A stretch of 64,000 nt of DNA from Parcubacteria group bacterium Greene0714_7 (GCA_007378985.1 VMHB01000001.1:128252-192251), one strand, 5' to 3'; shown: positions 27,419 to 38,294, counted from the first letter of the stretch. Made by a program: numbers and translations. Notes: generated by a model not told the origin, from the sequence alone.

Positions 27419-28157
27419 CAACCAACCACAAAAGAATAAAATCACCGATATTCTCGAGAGGATTAAGAAGAATGAGTTGGTGCAAAAGCCGAAAATTTAT
27501 TTTCGCCTGAAACTTGTGGCGCTCATTGTGTTACTTGTCGTAGTTACGGTGGTGAGTATTCTTCTTTCAAGTTTTATTTTGTTCAGTTTGAATGTAAGCG
27601 GACACGCCTCACTTATATATTTTGGAATGACAGGATGGCAGGCATTTCTTATCTTTTTTCCTTGGGAGCTTGCACTTTTTGAAATCATACTACTCGTACT
27701 TCTTGAGTATCTCTTGCGTTCGTTTCGCTTTGGTTACAAAATCCCTATTCTCTATTTATTTCTCGGTGTTATGGCACTCATGATAGTAAGTGGCGCGGTG
27801 GTTGAACAAACGCCACTTCACTCACGGATTCTTGAGCGGGCCGACCAAGAGCACCTTCCTCCACCTTTGGGGGTGTTGTATGAAAACACTCGAAGACCAC
27901 CCGCGCGTGATTCGGGAATCTTCCGAGGCACCATTGAGACGATTGAGGACTCACTGCTTATTGTTAGTCTTGATAATCCAAGAGGAAAGGGAACGACGAC
28001 TCCAGTTGCGGTGCGTATCCCTCAGGGTCAAGCTTTAGAAGAACTCATCGTAGGTGACAGGGTGTTCATTAGAGGTCGCCTCGAGGAGGAATCTATCAAG
28101 GCTATTCAGATTAAAAAGGCCTATGGTCACCTGCCTCCGCCTCCGCATATGAGGTAG
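27411..28157 (+). CDS. membrane protein, putative anti-sigma factor
   Basis: Its start overlaps the sigma factor stop. It has several TM helices and a C-terminal soluble domain. Assignment is by context only. Confidence 0.4.
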   Translation: MTNNQPQKNKITDILERIKKNELVQKPKIYFRLKLVALIVLLVVVTVVSILLSSFILFSLNVSGHASLIYFGMTGWQAFLIFFPWELALFEIILLVLLEYLLRSFRFGYKIPILYLFLGVMALMIVSGAVVEQTPLHSRILERADQEHLPPPLGVLYENTRRPPARDSGIFRGTIETIEDSLLIVSLDNPRGKGTTTPVAVRIPQGQALEELIVGDRVFIRGRLEEESIKAIQIKKAYGHLPPPPHMR

Positions 28158-28250
28158 GAAACACTGAACATATGCGAGTCGAACTTTCACTTCTCAGTTA
28201 ACGTATACTGCATTAGATGGCTCAGTAACTGAAAGGTAAAGGCACACGCT

Positions 28251-29756
28251 ATGTCTACACTCATCTCCAAAACAACGTTTCTTGAATTTTTGATGTGCCC
28301 AAAGAACATCTGGCTCAAGCTCCATAGGCCTGAGCTTATGAAGCTGTTTTTGCTCTCAGCGTTTGAACTTCAGTTGGCTGAACAGGGAAACGAAGTTGAA
28401 GCGTATGCTCGGAATCTTTTTCCTGGGGGCGTGCTTGTCACGGAAACGGGGGATGAAGCGGTCAGAGAGACGGAGAGGTTTATGCTTTCAGAAGTACCTG
28501 CAATATTTCAAGCAACATTTGTAGTTGATGGGTTTATTGCAAAAAATGATGTGCTCGCGTACGACAAAAAGAATGCGTGCTTCGATTTGTATGAAATAAA
28601 AGGCACAAACTCAATTAAGGAGGAAGGGAAGACTCGTGATCATATAGACGACCTCACTTTTCAAGCATCTGTTTTGAGACGTGCGAACGTTCAGACAGGT
28701 AAGTATTTTATTATTCATCTCAACAAAGAGTATGTGCGGATGGGTGACCTTGTCCCAGAGGAGTTGTTTAGAGTAGAAGACATGACTGAGAAGGTTGTTG
28801 CACGCCTGCCTCAGGTGGAAGAGCAGATGGAATCGGCTCGGTATCACTTAACACAAGAAGAAGAGCCCATTAAAGGGTGTGATTGTATTTTTTCAGGACG
28901 AAGTGCGCACTGTTCAACATTCAAACATTCTAATCCACAGGTTCCTGAGTATTCTATTCACGACTTGGCACGCATTGGAAGTAGTAAGAAGAAGCTTGCA
29001 ACGCTGGTGGAGCGAGAAGTGTTTAGTTTAGATGATGTTCCTGCGGATGTAGATTTGAGTGATATTCAATTGAATCAGCTTCTCGTGTATAGAAATCAGA
29101 AACCTATTATTGACCTTGATGCTATTCGCGCGGAGATAGAGGCACTCATATTTCCTCTGTATTTCTTAGACTACGAAACTTTTGCGCCAGCCATACCTAT
29201 GTTTTCCGGCTACAGTCCGTACAAGCGAATTCCGTTTCAATTTTCACTTCATATTTTGGATACTCCTGCCGGTGAACTTCGGCATGTGGAGTATCTGCAC
29301 GAAGAGCGCTCTGACCCTTCCGAGAAAGTAGCTGAAATGTTGGCGGAACATATTCTTCCGATTGGTAGTGTAATTTCATGGAATAAAAGCTTTGAGCAGG
29401 GAGTGAATAGGGAACTAGCTCTTAGGCAACCTGATGAGCGTATTGCCTTGGAGCGTATAAATACACAGATGTACGATCTTCGAGATGTATTTCAAAAGCA
29501 GTATTATGTGCATCCAGATTTTCGTGGAAAAACTTCTATTAAGAAAGTACTCCCTGCGCTCGTGGAAGGAGTTCGTCACGCTGATCTAGATATTTCAGAA
29601 GGTGGTGCAGCATCAGATGCGTGGTGGCAAATGATTTCTCCCACCATCACAGCGCCAGAACGCACAAAGATTGCTACAGACTTGAGAACCTACTGCGAGC
29701 TTGATACCTACGCCATGTACCAGATTTGGAAGCACCTCAAGGATATGGTGGGTTAA
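28251..29756 (+). CDS. DUF2779 domain protein (RecB/Cas4-like nuclease fold)
   Basis: The N-terminal ISKTTFLEFLMCPKNIWL is the hallmark start of DUF2779 proteins, 501 aa. Confidence 0.55.
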   Translation: MSTLISKTTFLEFLMCPKNIWLKLHRPELMKLFLLSAFELQLAEQGNEVEAYARNLFPGGVLVTETGDEAVRETERFMLSEVPAIFQATFVVDGFIAKNDVLAYDKKNACFDLYEIKGTNSIKEEGKTRDHIDDLTFQASVLRRANVQTGKYFIIHLNKEYVRMGDLVPEELFRVEDMTEKVVARLPQVEEQMESARYHLTQEEEPIKGCDCIFSGRSAHCSTFKHSNPQVPEYSIHDLARIGSSKKKLATLVEREVFSLDDVPADVDLSDIQLNQLLVYRNQKPIIDLDAIRAEIEALIFPLYFLDYETFAPAIPMFSGYSPYKRIPFQFSLHILDTPAGELRHVEYLHEERSDPSEKVAEMLAEHILPIGSVISWNKSFEQGVNRELALRQPDERIALERINTQMYDLRDVFQKQYYVHPDFRGKTSIKKVLPALVEGVRHADLDISEGGAASDAWWQMISPTITAPERTKIATDLRTYCELDTYAMYQIWKHLKDMVG

Positions 29757-29767
29757 AATTTGTAAAA

Positions 29768-32395
29768 ATGATTAGTAATCAAGACAAAAAATATTGGAGT
29801 GTATCGCCAGATTCGGTAGCCGATTTGTTAGACTCCTCTTTATTGGAAGGATTATCAGCCGAAGAGGCCACTTCACGGCTATCTGTATACGGACCAAATT
29901 CACTCAAAACTTCCGAGGGGACGGGGAAGTTGAAAATGCTTTTAGACCAACTTAAGAGCCCACTCATTTTTATACTTATTGCGGCAGGTATCGTTACACT
30001 CCTACTTTCTCATTACCGCGATGCTGTTTTCATTTTTATTGCCGTGATAGTTAATTCTGCATTAGGTTTCTGGCAGGAGAATAAGGCTGAAAAGGCACTT
30101 GCAGAGCTTAAGACTTATATTAAACAGCGAGCGAGAGTGATTCGAGACGGGCATGAACGAGAAATTGATGCCGAAGAAATTGTTCCTGGCGACATTGTGC
30201 GCTTTGCACAGGGCGACCGTGTGTCAGCAGATGCGCGAGTGATATTTGCGAACGACTTTCAGGTAGAAGAGTCAATTTTGACCGGTGAATCTCTTCCTGT
30301 TGAAAAGTCGATGAATGCAATTTCCGAAGTCGCATCCATAGCCGATCAGTCTTCTATGATCTTTGCGGGGACTCTTGTGACACAAGGGGTGTGTACAGCT
30401 ATTGTTTGTCGCACTTCCTCTCGTACTGAGTTGGGAAAAATTGCGTCTCTTATTACCTCGTCCCAAGATGAAAAGACACCACTCCAGAGGGCCATCGCGA
30501 CATTTAGTATTTATCTCAGCGTTATACTCACACTCTTAACTGTTGCTGTTTTTGTAATTGGAATTTTTTCAGGCACACCACTACTTGAAATGTTCCTTAC
30601 CTCAGTGGCTATTGCCGTATCTGCAATTCCCGAAGGGTTACCTATCGCAATGACGGTCATTCTTGCGGTTGGTGTTGAGCGTATGGCAAAACGAAAAGGT
30701 GTTGTTCGGAAGCTTGTTGCTGCCGAAGCACTGGGAAGCACGACGCTCATTCTTACCGATAAGACTGGGACTCTAACCATGGCAAAGATGCGCCTATCTG
30801 AAATTATTCCATTCAACTTGAGCGCTGATGATCTACTTGCTCGTGCTTTATTAAATGCTGATGTTTTAGTTGAGAATCCGGAGGATAGCCCTGAATCGTG
30901 GAGAATGAATGGCAGAATTATGGAAACTGCTCTCGTTCGCTCGGCGGCATTGCGAGGACTCCCCTCTGAGAAACTTTTTGTAAAATCCAACATACTTCAG
31001 ATGATGCCCTTCAATGCGGCACAGAAATTTTCAGCATCACTCATCGCAGATGCAGGTAAGTATTTTATTGTTGTGGTTGGCGCTCCGGACATTTTGCTCG
31101 CCCATGCCCCTCTTACTCCTACAAAAAAACAGAAGGTGTTGGATCAGATTAATGATCTTGCCTTCTCTGGTGAGCGAGTATTAGGTGTTGCAACAAAAGA
31201 AATTCAGAGTGTTGAGAATTATTCCTTAGCTAAGGACCTCACACTCTCGAAGCTGTCATTCGACGGGCTCATAACTTTTAGAGATCCTGTTCGTCCCGGA
31301 GTGCGACGGGCCATTGAGCGTATTCAACGCGCAGGCATTAGGACCATTATTATGACCGGTGATCATCGAGGCACCGCACTTGCGGTTGCCAAAGAGCTCG
31401 GCATGGTTGCAGATGAAACAGGAATTCTTGATGCTACTGAGATTGCATCGCTGTCGGATGAGGCACTTCGAGAACGGCTCGTTGATATTGCTGTGATATC
31501 GAGAGTTACACCGCTCGACAAATTGCGCATCGTTGAGTCATTCCAGCGATCGGGAGAGATAGTTGCTATGACTGGTGATGGGGTGAATGATGCACCAAGC
31601 ATTAAGCAAGCTGATGTGGGTATTGCCATGGGGTCAGGCACTGAAGTGTCGCGTACTGTGGCCGATTTGGTACTTCTTGACGACAATTTTGAAACTATCG
31701 TTGCAGCTATTGAAGAGGGGAGGCAGATACTTGGAAACATACGCAAAGTGCTTGTGTATCTGCTTTCGAATGTGGCAGACGGCCTGATATTGATTGGTGG
31801 CTCGCTTGCGATGGGAGTTCCACTTCCTCTAAATGCACTCCAGATTTTGTGGGTTAATTTCTTTTCCGATAGCTTTCCTGCTGTCGCGTTTGCCTTTGAG
31901 AAGGACTCTGACGCTCTCTCCCATAAACCAGGTGGTAAAAAAATAATTCTTTTTAATCCGCTTATGAAGTTTCTCATTGTTGTTATTGGAACATTGACGA
32001 GCGCCCTCTTACTCGTCTTGTATCTCACTCTTCTTGGACTTGGTTATGACCTTGCTCTTGTTCAAACCTTTATATTTGCTGCATTCGGTACCTACACACT
32101 TCTTTTTGCGTTTTCGGTGAGGAGTCTTGAGAAGAGCATATTTTCATATCCTTTGTTCTCGAATCCATATCTTACTGGGGGCATACTTGCAGGACTCGGC
32201 CTTATGGTTGCAGCCGTATATCTTCCGGTATTTCAGAAGTTGTTTGGCACGGTACCTTTACCGTTTTATTGGGTGGTTGGAGTATTACTTGTCGGTGTAT
32301 TCAATATTGTCTTAATAGAAATAGCGAAGCAGTTTTTCAAGTATGGGTCTTTTCGATCCGCGCAACATATGGAAGGGGTCGCTAGGTCGGCATGA
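29768..32395 (+). CDS. cation-transporting P-type ATPase (P2-type, Ca2+/Mg2+-like)
   Basis: DKTGTLT phosphorylation site, TGDGVNDAPS hinge and 10 TM segments. The alternative start at 29726 overlaps the upstream gene. Confidence 0.85.
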   Translation: MISNQDKKYWSVSPDSVADLLDSSLLEGLSAEEATSRLSVYGPNSLKTSEGTGKLKMLLDQLKSPLIFILIAAGIVTLLLSHYRDAVFIFIAVIVNSALGFWQENKAEKALAELKTYIKQRARVIRDGHEREIDAEEIVPGDIVRFAQGDRVSADARVIFANDFQVEESILTGESLPVEKSMNAISEVASIADQSSMIFAGTLVTQGVCTAIVCRTSSRTELGKIASLITSSQDEKTPLQRAIATFSIYLSVILTLLTVAVFVIGIFSGTPLLEMFLTSVAIAVSAIPEGLPIAMTVILAVGVERMAKRKGVVRKLVAAEALGSTTLILTDKTGTLTMAKMRLSEIIPFNLSADDLLARALLNADVLVENPEDSPESWRMNGRIMETALVRSAALRGLPSEKLFVKSNILQMMPFNAAQKFSASLIADAGKYFIVVVGAPDILLAHAPLTPTKKQKVLDQINDLAFSGERVLGVATKEIQSVENYSLAKDLTLSKLSFDGLITFRDPVRPGVRRAIERIQRAGIRTIIMTGDHRGTALAVAKELGMVADETGILDATEIASLSDEALRERLVDIAVISRVTPLDKLRIVESFQRSGEIVAMTGDGVNDAPSIKQADVGIAMGSGTEVSRTVADLVLLDDNFETIVAAIEEGRQILGNIRKVLVYLLSNVADGLILIGGSLAMGVPLPLNALQILWVNFFSDSFPAVAFAFEKDSDALSHKPGGKKIILFNPLMKFLIVVIGTLTSALLLVLYLTLLGLGYDLALVQTFIFAAFGTYTLLFAFSVRSLEKSIFSYPLFSNPYLTGGILAGLGLMVAAVYLPVFQKLFGTVPLPFYWVVGVLLVGVFNIVLIEIAKQFFKYGSFRSAQHMEGVARSA

Positions 32396-32439
32396 TGGGT
32401 GTAAAGTCCTCTTTACATAGCATAGGCTGATAGGTACAA

Positions 32440-32670
32440 TTGAATTATCAATTACATATGGAGGAAAAGATAAAAAATGAGGTGAGTACATACAGAGCAG
32501 AGATGGGCATGACGCAGGAGGATCTTGCTTCTAAGGTGAATGTGAGTCGGCAGACCATCATTGCTTTGGAGAAAGGGAACTATACGCCATCTATTTTATT
32601 AGCTTTAAAAATCGCTGGTTTCTTTAAGATACCTGTCGAAAAAATATTCAAAATATCCCATGAAAAATAA
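32440..32670 (+). CDS. XRE-family HTH transcriptional regulator
   Basis: MGMTQEDLASKVNVSRQTIIALEKGNYTPS. Confidence 0.7.
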   Translation: MNYQLHMEEKIKNEVSTYRAEMGMTQEDLASKVNVSRQTIIALEKGNYTPSILLALKIAGFFKIPVEKIFKISHEK

Positions 32671-33022
32671 TCTAAAAGAAATCATTATTACCGTAGCCTT
32701 GATTGTAATTGCAGTTTTGCTACTTAATCCGTTCCATTTCTGGATGCCAGACATGATGGTGATGGGCATGCTTGCAATAACATTAGGGCTTTTCGGGATG
32801 TTTGCCAGCTTCATTCTTCGAGAGAGCGTGGTTGACGAGCGTGATGGTCAGCACCGTACTCTTGCTGGAAGAAATGCATTTCTTGCAGGGTCAGGTGTAC
32901 TTACCCTTGGCATAGTGATTCAAGGCTATACGCATGCAGTAGATCCGTGGCTGGTCGTTGCTCTTATTGCAATGGTGGTAGTCAAAATTGGAACTCGCAC
33001 CTGGAGTGATACAAACCTCTAG
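32660..33022 (+). CDS. small membrane protein coupled to the XRE regulator
   Basis: Three TM helices. Its start overlaps the regulator stop. Confidence 0.45.
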   Translation: MKNNLKEIIITVALIVIAVLLLNPFHFWMPDMMVMGMLAITLGLFGMFASFILRESVVDERDGQHRTLAGRNAFLAGSGVLTLGIVIQGYTHAVDPWLVVALIAMVVVKIGTRTWSDTNL

Positions 33023-33135
33023 AAGAGACATCCTTACGTTTTCCCCAAAAACAGATGTAAAGTCAGCTTTACATCTGTTTTTCTTTTATTTATAGTAGTA
33101 GGTGCAGGGTTAATTAATAAATATCACTATTTTTT

Positions 33136-34056
33136 ATGAATAAAAACACAGGGATTATTGTTGGAGTTATAGCGTTATTGGTGATCGCTGGAGGGGCGTA
33201 TGCGTTTCTGAATAGTAAGGATGATGCAATGATGAAGAAAGAAAAAATGGAGCAGCAAGCTATGGAGGTTCAAAAGATGGCCGAAGAAAAAGCAGTGATG
33301 GAGAAAAAAGAAGTGGTGGTGATTCTCAATGCGCAGAATGGCTCAAACCAAAGTGGAAAGGCGACATTGCTTGACGTACAGGGGAAAACCAAGGTAACGA
33401 TTGCCGTTGCTTCTGGGACAACAAGTGGTCCACAGCCGGCCCATATTCACATCGGCGCATGTCCAAATCCTGACGCAGTGAAGTACCCGCTGACAAAAGT
33501 CGTGAACGGAACATCAGAAACGATACTTAATGTTTCTTTGTCGCAGCTTGCCAGCGAATTACCGCTTGCAGTTAATATTCACAAATCGGCTGCTGAAGCT
33601 AAGACATACACTTCATGTGGCGATATTGTAGTAGGGGCCATGATGGAGAAAGAAGCAATGATGAAAACTGATGGCGCTACAACCGACAGTATGATGAAAA
33701 AAGATGAGGCAGGTATGATGGACAAGAGTGAGACTATGGTGAAGGCTGGCTCATATGAGACATATGCGCCAGAAAAAATAGCTCTTGCTTCTGCGACTCA
33801 TGATGTGGTGTTGTTTTTCCGAGCAAGTTGGTGTCCCACCTGTAGGGCGGTAGACACAGATATAAAAGCAAATCTCAATAATATTCCTCCCTCTCTTGCT
33901 ATTCTTGATGTAAATTACGACGATTCAACGGCACTTAAACAAAAGTATGGTGTGACATACCAGCATACGTTTGTACAGGTTGATAAAAATGGAAACCTCA
34001 TCAAAAAGTGGAGTGGTAGTCCAACACTCATCGCGTTAGTTGCAGAAGTAAAATAA
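33136..34056 (+). CDS. secreted Met-rich protein with CHRD-like domain and C-terminal thioredoxin fold (WCPTC)
   Basis: Signal peptide, Met/Lys-rich segments and the AHIHIGAC motif (CHRD-like). The thioredoxin motif is FRASWCPTCRA. Confidence 0.5.
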   Translation: MNKNTGIIVGVIALLVIAGGAYAFLNSKDDAMMKKEKMEQQAMEVQKMAEEKAVMEKKEVVVILNAQNGSNQSGKATLLDVQGKTKVTIAVASGTTSGPQPAHIHIGACPNPDAVKYPLTKVVNGTSETILNVSLSQLASELPLAVNIHKSAAEAKTYTSCGDIVVGAMMEKEAMMKTDGATTDSMMKKDEAGMMDKSETMVKAGSYETYAPEKIALASATHDVVLFFRASWCPTCRAVDTDIKANLNNIPPSLAILDVNYDDSTALKQKYGVTYQHTFVQVDKNGNLIKKWSGSPTLIALVAEVK

Positions 34057-34057
34057 C

Positions 34058-35812
34058 ATGGTACTCCTCCTCATTTCATTTGTTGCGGGTGTTTTGACAG
34101 TTCTTGCGCCGTGCATTCTGCCACTTCTTCCTGTAATCATTGGTGGCTCTCTTTCGAATGGGGCAAATAGAGGAGATGGTGCAGGGTTCAACAAAAAGAA
34201 AGCTTTTACTATTATTATATCTCTTGGTGTATCAGTAATCGCGTTTACGTTGCTCCTTAAAGCAAGTACGCTTTTTATTGATATTCCCGAGTATGTGTGG
34301 AAGTGGATATCGGGAGGCATTATTATTTTTCTTGGTCTCGTCACTCTCTTTCCGTCACTATGGGAAAATCAATTTATTGCACGACTGAGTACAAAATCCA
34401 ATATCCTTCTAGGTAAAGGTAGTAAGAAAAATAGTTTCTGGGGCGATGTCATTGTTGGTTCTGCACTTGGTCCCGTATTCTCAACCTGTAGTCCAACGTA
34501 TTTCATAGTACTTGCCACCGTCTTGCCTGTGCGTCCTGCACTCGGAGTTCTCTATTTACTCGCCTACACTATCGGTCTTTGTCTCGCACTACTCATTGTG
34601 TCAATTGTTGGTCAAAAAATAATGAATGCACTCGGTGTTGCCGCAAATCCTAAAGGCTGGTTCAAGCGAATACTTGGAATTATTTTCCTTATCGTAGGTA
34701 TCGCTATTATTGGTGGACTCGACAAGAAGACTCAATTATTTCTTCTCGATGCAGGGTTCTTTGATGTTACAAAAATTGAACAGAAGCTTTTGGAAAAAAA
34801 TACCACCCAAACGGTGGACGCGAAAGCAGAAGAGGTTTCTGTGAAAAAAGATTCGACTCCATACCTCGGCGTGGGGCAGAAGCAAGTAATATATAAAAAA
34901 GTCCCCGAGCTCAGTTCTATTAATGGGTATGTTAATACTGAGGGAAAACCAATCACTCTTGAATCACTCAAGGGAAAAGTAGTGCTTCTTGATATATGGA
35001 CATACAGCTGTATCAATTGCCAACGCACCATACCCTACATAAACGAATGGTATAAAAAATATAAAGATCAGGGATTTGAGGTGGTAGGACTTCACACGCC
35101 TGAGTTTGCATTTGAAAAGGTGCAGACTAATGTTGAGAAAGCGGTACAGGGATTTAATATCAAATATCCCGTTGTTCTCGACAATGACTACTCAACATGG
35201 AACGCGCTTGGCAATCAATTTTGGCCGCGTAAATACTTGATTGATATTGATGGATATATTATTTATGACCATATCGGCGAGGGTGCCTACGAAGAAACGG
35301 AAAAAGCAATTCAGAATGCCCTCAAAGAACGCGCCCTGCGTATGGGTATGGAAGATACAGTATCTACAGACATAATAAAACCTTCAGTGATTGTAACTGT
35401 TGATTCAAGTAGAGTGAGGAGTCCTGAAGTATATTTTGGATCATCACGAAACGAGTATCTTGCAAACGGGAAGGTTGGACAGGTTGGCGAACAGACACTG
35501 AGTGTTCCTTCAGCCATATCCTTCAATAAACTGTACCTTGGTGGCACGTGGAGTATGACTCCCGAATATGCAGAAAATAAAAGCGCAGGGAGTATTGTTT
35601 TTAGCTATGAATCAAAAAATGTCTACATGACAGCTGGCTCAGTTAGAGGGATTGAGGTTGAGATATATAAGGATGATGTGTTTATCAAGAATGTGATGAT
35701 TAAGGACGAAACTCTATACCAACTCATCCAAGATTCAGACTATGGAAAGCATGTGCTTCGTATCGTCATACCAAAAGCCGGTTTGCAAGCATTTACATTT
35801 ACATTCGGGTAG
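34058..35812 (+). CDS. DipZ-like protein: CcdA/DsbD transmembrane domain fused to TlpA-like thioredoxin domain
   Basis: The N-terminal CcdA-like TM has paired Cys (VLAPCILPLLP). The central redoxin motif is WTYSCINCQ. It starts 1 nt after the upstream stop. Confidence 0.65.
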   Translation: MVLLLISFVAGVLTVLAPCILPLLPVIIGGSLSNGANRGDGAGFNKKKAFTIIISLGVSVIAFTLLLKASTLFIDIPEYVWKWISGGIIIFLGLVTLFPSLWENQFIARLSTKSNILLGKGSKKNSFWGDVIVGSALGPVFSTCSPTYFIVLATVLPVRPALGVLYLLAYTIGLCLALLIVSIVGQKIMNALGVAANPKGWFKRILGIIFLIVGIAIIGGLDKKTQLFLLDAGFFDVTKIEQKLLEKNTTQTVDAKAEEVSVKKDSTPYLGVGQKQVIYKKVPELSSINGYVNTEGKPITLESLKGKVVLLDIWTYSCINCQRTIPYINEWYKKYKDQGFEVVGLHTPEFAFEKVQTNVEKAVQGFNIKYPVVLDNDYSTWNALGNQFWPRKYLIDIDGYIIYDHIGEGAYEETEKAIQNALKERALRMGMEDTVSTDIIKPSVIVTVDSSRVRSPEVYFGSSRNEYLANGKVGQVGEQTLSVPSAISFNKLYLGGTWSMTPEYAENKSAGSIVFSYESKNVYMTAGSVRGIEVEIYKDDVFIKNVMIKDETLYQLIQDSDYGKHVLRIVIPKAGLQAFTFTFG

Positions 35813-35868
35813 GGAGCCTATATAAATGTTCGGACTCAAGGGAAAGAATGAGGTACAATGACGCATAG

Positions 35869-36300
35869 ATGGAAACCTATAGCTGGTACACACAGCTTGT
35901 TAAGCCGACATGGGCTCCACCAAGCTGGCTTTTTGGACCAGTGTGGACAGTGTTTTATGCAATCATTGCGGTTACGTATGGAACCGTATTTTACAAAGCT
36001 TTCACTAAAGAGATTCCATGGGTCGTGGCGCTTCCGTTTGCTCTTAATCTTATTTTCAATTTTGCATTTACACCAATACAGTTTGGGTTGAAAAATAATT
36101 TACTTGCCTCGATAGATATTCTTCTTGTCGTTGGTACGCTTATCTGGGCGCTCTGGGCGCTTTATTCTTTTGGTCTCACAGAGCACATTGAAACTGGAGC
36201 TCCCACATACGCGTGGATCATCTACGCCAACATCCCGTATCTTGTGTGGGGAATATTTGCCACGGTATTGCAATTAACTATTACATTTTTGAATAGGTAA
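35869..36300 (+). CDS. tspO: TspO/MBR family tryptophan-rich sensory protein
   Basis: WYTQLVKPTWAPPSWLFGPVWTVFYA signature. Confidence 0.7.
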   Translation: METYSWYTQLVKPTWAPPSWLFGPVWTVFYAIIAVTYGTVFYKAFTKEIPWVVALPFALNLIFNFAFTPIQFGLKNNLLASIDILLVVGTLIWALWALYSFGLTEHIETGAPTYAWIIYANIPYLVWGIFATVLQLTITFLNR

Positions 36301-36329
36301 TGTATACAAAAAAGAGATTGTAAAACAAA

Positions 36330-37454
36330 ATGAACACACCTCGGTATGAATACAGTCGCTCGACAATAGAAAAAACAATTAACCTACTCCTCAGTTTGTC
36401 GTCGCCATACGGACTCCAAGTTCGGTATGCGATAAAAGCGAATCCCCATCCTGAAATTATTACAATGATGGATGATAGGGGAATCTATTTTGATGCGAGC
36501 TCAAGCTATGAAGCGGAAGAATTGCTGAATCAAGGGATTCTAGGAAACAAAATTTCTCTTTCCTCACAGCAGTCACCGCACAATCTTGAAGTACTACTTG
36601 GCAGAGGTGTGCTCTTCACTGCAACATCTATGAATCAGTTGAAGCTTTTTTTGAATTGCGCTCATCATCCCAATACTCTCAGTGTACGAATTAACCCAGC
36701 GTTTGGCGCTGGTCATAATAATAGAACGAGCACTGGAGGCACGAGTGCGAGCTTTGGTATCTGGCATGAGTATATAGATGAAGTCCTTGCGCTTGCTAAG
36801 ACCGAACAGGTAACCATCAACAGATTAGATATTCATATTGGTTCAGGAACGGACCCTGCGTTATGGGGAGAGGTAATGGAGCGATCCCTCAGTGTTGTAG
36901 AAAAGTTGCCCGATGTCACCGTGCTTGATATCGGAGGGGGATATAAGGTGCATCGTTATGGCGATGAGAAAGAGGCTGACATGGTAGAAATTACAACCAC
37001 ATTTAGTAAACAGCTCCAGTTATTTTTTGAAAAAACAGGGCGGAAAATTTCTCTAGAGATTGAACCAGGCACCTATCTTATTGCGCACGCAGGAACTCTT
37101 GTTGCGTCTGTAGATGACATTGTCGATACGGGGAGTGGTGAGTATACATTTCTTCGACTAAATACTGGAATGAATGATTTTCTACGGGCTACACTCTATG
37201 GTGCGCGTCATTCAATTGAAGTTATGAATAGAAGTAGTGCCACAAAAGAATATGTGGTGGTAGGGCATAATTGTGAGTCTGGCGACATTCTCTCTCCAGG
37301 CAACGGTAACCCAGAAGAGATTGAGACTCGAACACTAAAAGAAGCAGAGATTGGTGATGAGGTACGGATATATGACACAGGTGCATACTGTGCCAGCATG
37401 CGCGCAAAAGGCTATAACTCATTTCCTGATGCGATTGAGGTGATGGTGGATTAG
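36330..37454 (+). CDS. PLP-dependent Orn/DAP/Arg decarboxylase family 2 protein (diaminopimelate decarboxylase-like)
   Basis: RYAIKANPHPEIITMM ... IYFDASSSYEAEELL and EPG..L motifs. Confidence 0.6.
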   Translation: MNTPRYEYSRSTIEKTINLLLSLSSPYGLQVRYAIKANPHPEIITMMDDRGIYFDASSSYEAEELLNQGILGNKISLSSQQSPHNLEVLLGRGVLFTATSMNQLKLFLNCAHHPNTLSVRINPAFGAGHNNRTSTGGTSASFGIWHEYIDEVLALAKTEQVTINRLDIHIGSGTDPALWGEVMERSLSVVEKLPDVTVLDIGGGYKVHRYGDEKEADMVEITTTFSKQLQLFFEKTGRKISLEIEPGTYLIAHAGTLVASVDDIVDTGSGEYTFLRLNTGMNDFLRATLYGARHSIEVMNRSSATKEYVVVGHNCESGDILSPGNGNPEEIETRTLKEAEIGDEVRIYDTGAYCASMRAKGYNSFPDAIEVMVD

Positions 37455-37467
37455 TTGAGAAAATCTT

Positions 37468-37995
37468 ATGGTGCAGAATTTAGGAAAAAGAATAGTGATT
37501 GTTGGCGTGAGCGCTTCGGGGAAGTCGGTGTTCGCAAGAAAGTTGGCTCAGAAAATAAATCTTCCACTCATCTTTGTGGATGCCATCATGTGGCAGACCG
37601 GTTGGAGCTATATTGGGGACGTAGAAACTGCTAAAAAACTTGATGAGGTTAGCTCTGCGTCAGAGTGGATTATTGAAGGTTACATAGTGAAGGAGGCTCG
37701 TTCTTTTGTTTTCGAGCGTGCCGACTCAATAATTTATTTGGACTATCACCCTCTCATTGCGTCACTTCGCTACATACAAAGGTGGTGGATGCATCGGAAA
37801 AATTCTCGCCCAGAGCTTGCAGGGAGTCCTGAGAAATTTAGTTGGAAGTTTCTCAAATTGGTCTGGACAAAGGGGGAGGCGGTATCACTTAATAGATTTC
37901 TTGCACAATTAAAAGATAAAAACAAAATAATTAAACTCCACTCTCCAAAGGAAGCAAAACATTTTTTATCTCATGCACGCATTACGGAAGTATGA
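37468..37995 (+). CDS. P-loop kinase-like ATPase
   Basis: Walker A GVSASGKSV, 175 aa. Confidence 0.5.
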   Translation: MVQNLGKRIVIVGVSASGKSVFARKLAQKINLPLIFVDAIMWQTGWSYIGDVETAKKLDEVSSASEWIIEGYIVKEARSFVFERADSIIYLDYHPLIASLRYIQRWWMHRKNSRPELAGSPEKFSWKFLKLVWTKGEAVSLNRFLAQLKDKNKIIKLHSPKEAKHFLSHARITEV

Positions 37996-38294
37996 AAACC
38001 AAGGTATATAGAGTAAAAAGTAAGGTGTGGCTGTACCCCGGAATGGCGGGGTGGCACTTTGTCTCTATAGATAAAAAACAATCAGAGGAAATTAAAAAGA
38101 AATTTGGCGGTATGAAAAGGGGATGGGGTTCACTGCCTGCTGTGGTGACTCTTGGCAAAACTGTCTGGAAGACCTCAATTTTTCCTGATACAAAAGCGGG
38201 GGCGTACCTACTTCCACTTAAGGCTGAAGTACGGAAAAAGGAAGGAGTGTATGCAGATGAATCAGTTTCTTTTTCTATAGAAATCCGAGGATGA
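37992..38294 (+). CDS. DUF1905 domain protein
   Basis: Length 100 aa and the WHFVSI / GSLPAVVTLGKTVWKTSIFP pattern. Confidence 0.4.
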   Translation: MKTKVYRVKSKVWLYPGMAGWHFVSIDKKQSEEIKKKFGGMKRGWGSLPAVVTLGKTVWKTSIFPDTKAGAYLLPLKAEVRKKEGVYADESVSFSIEIRG

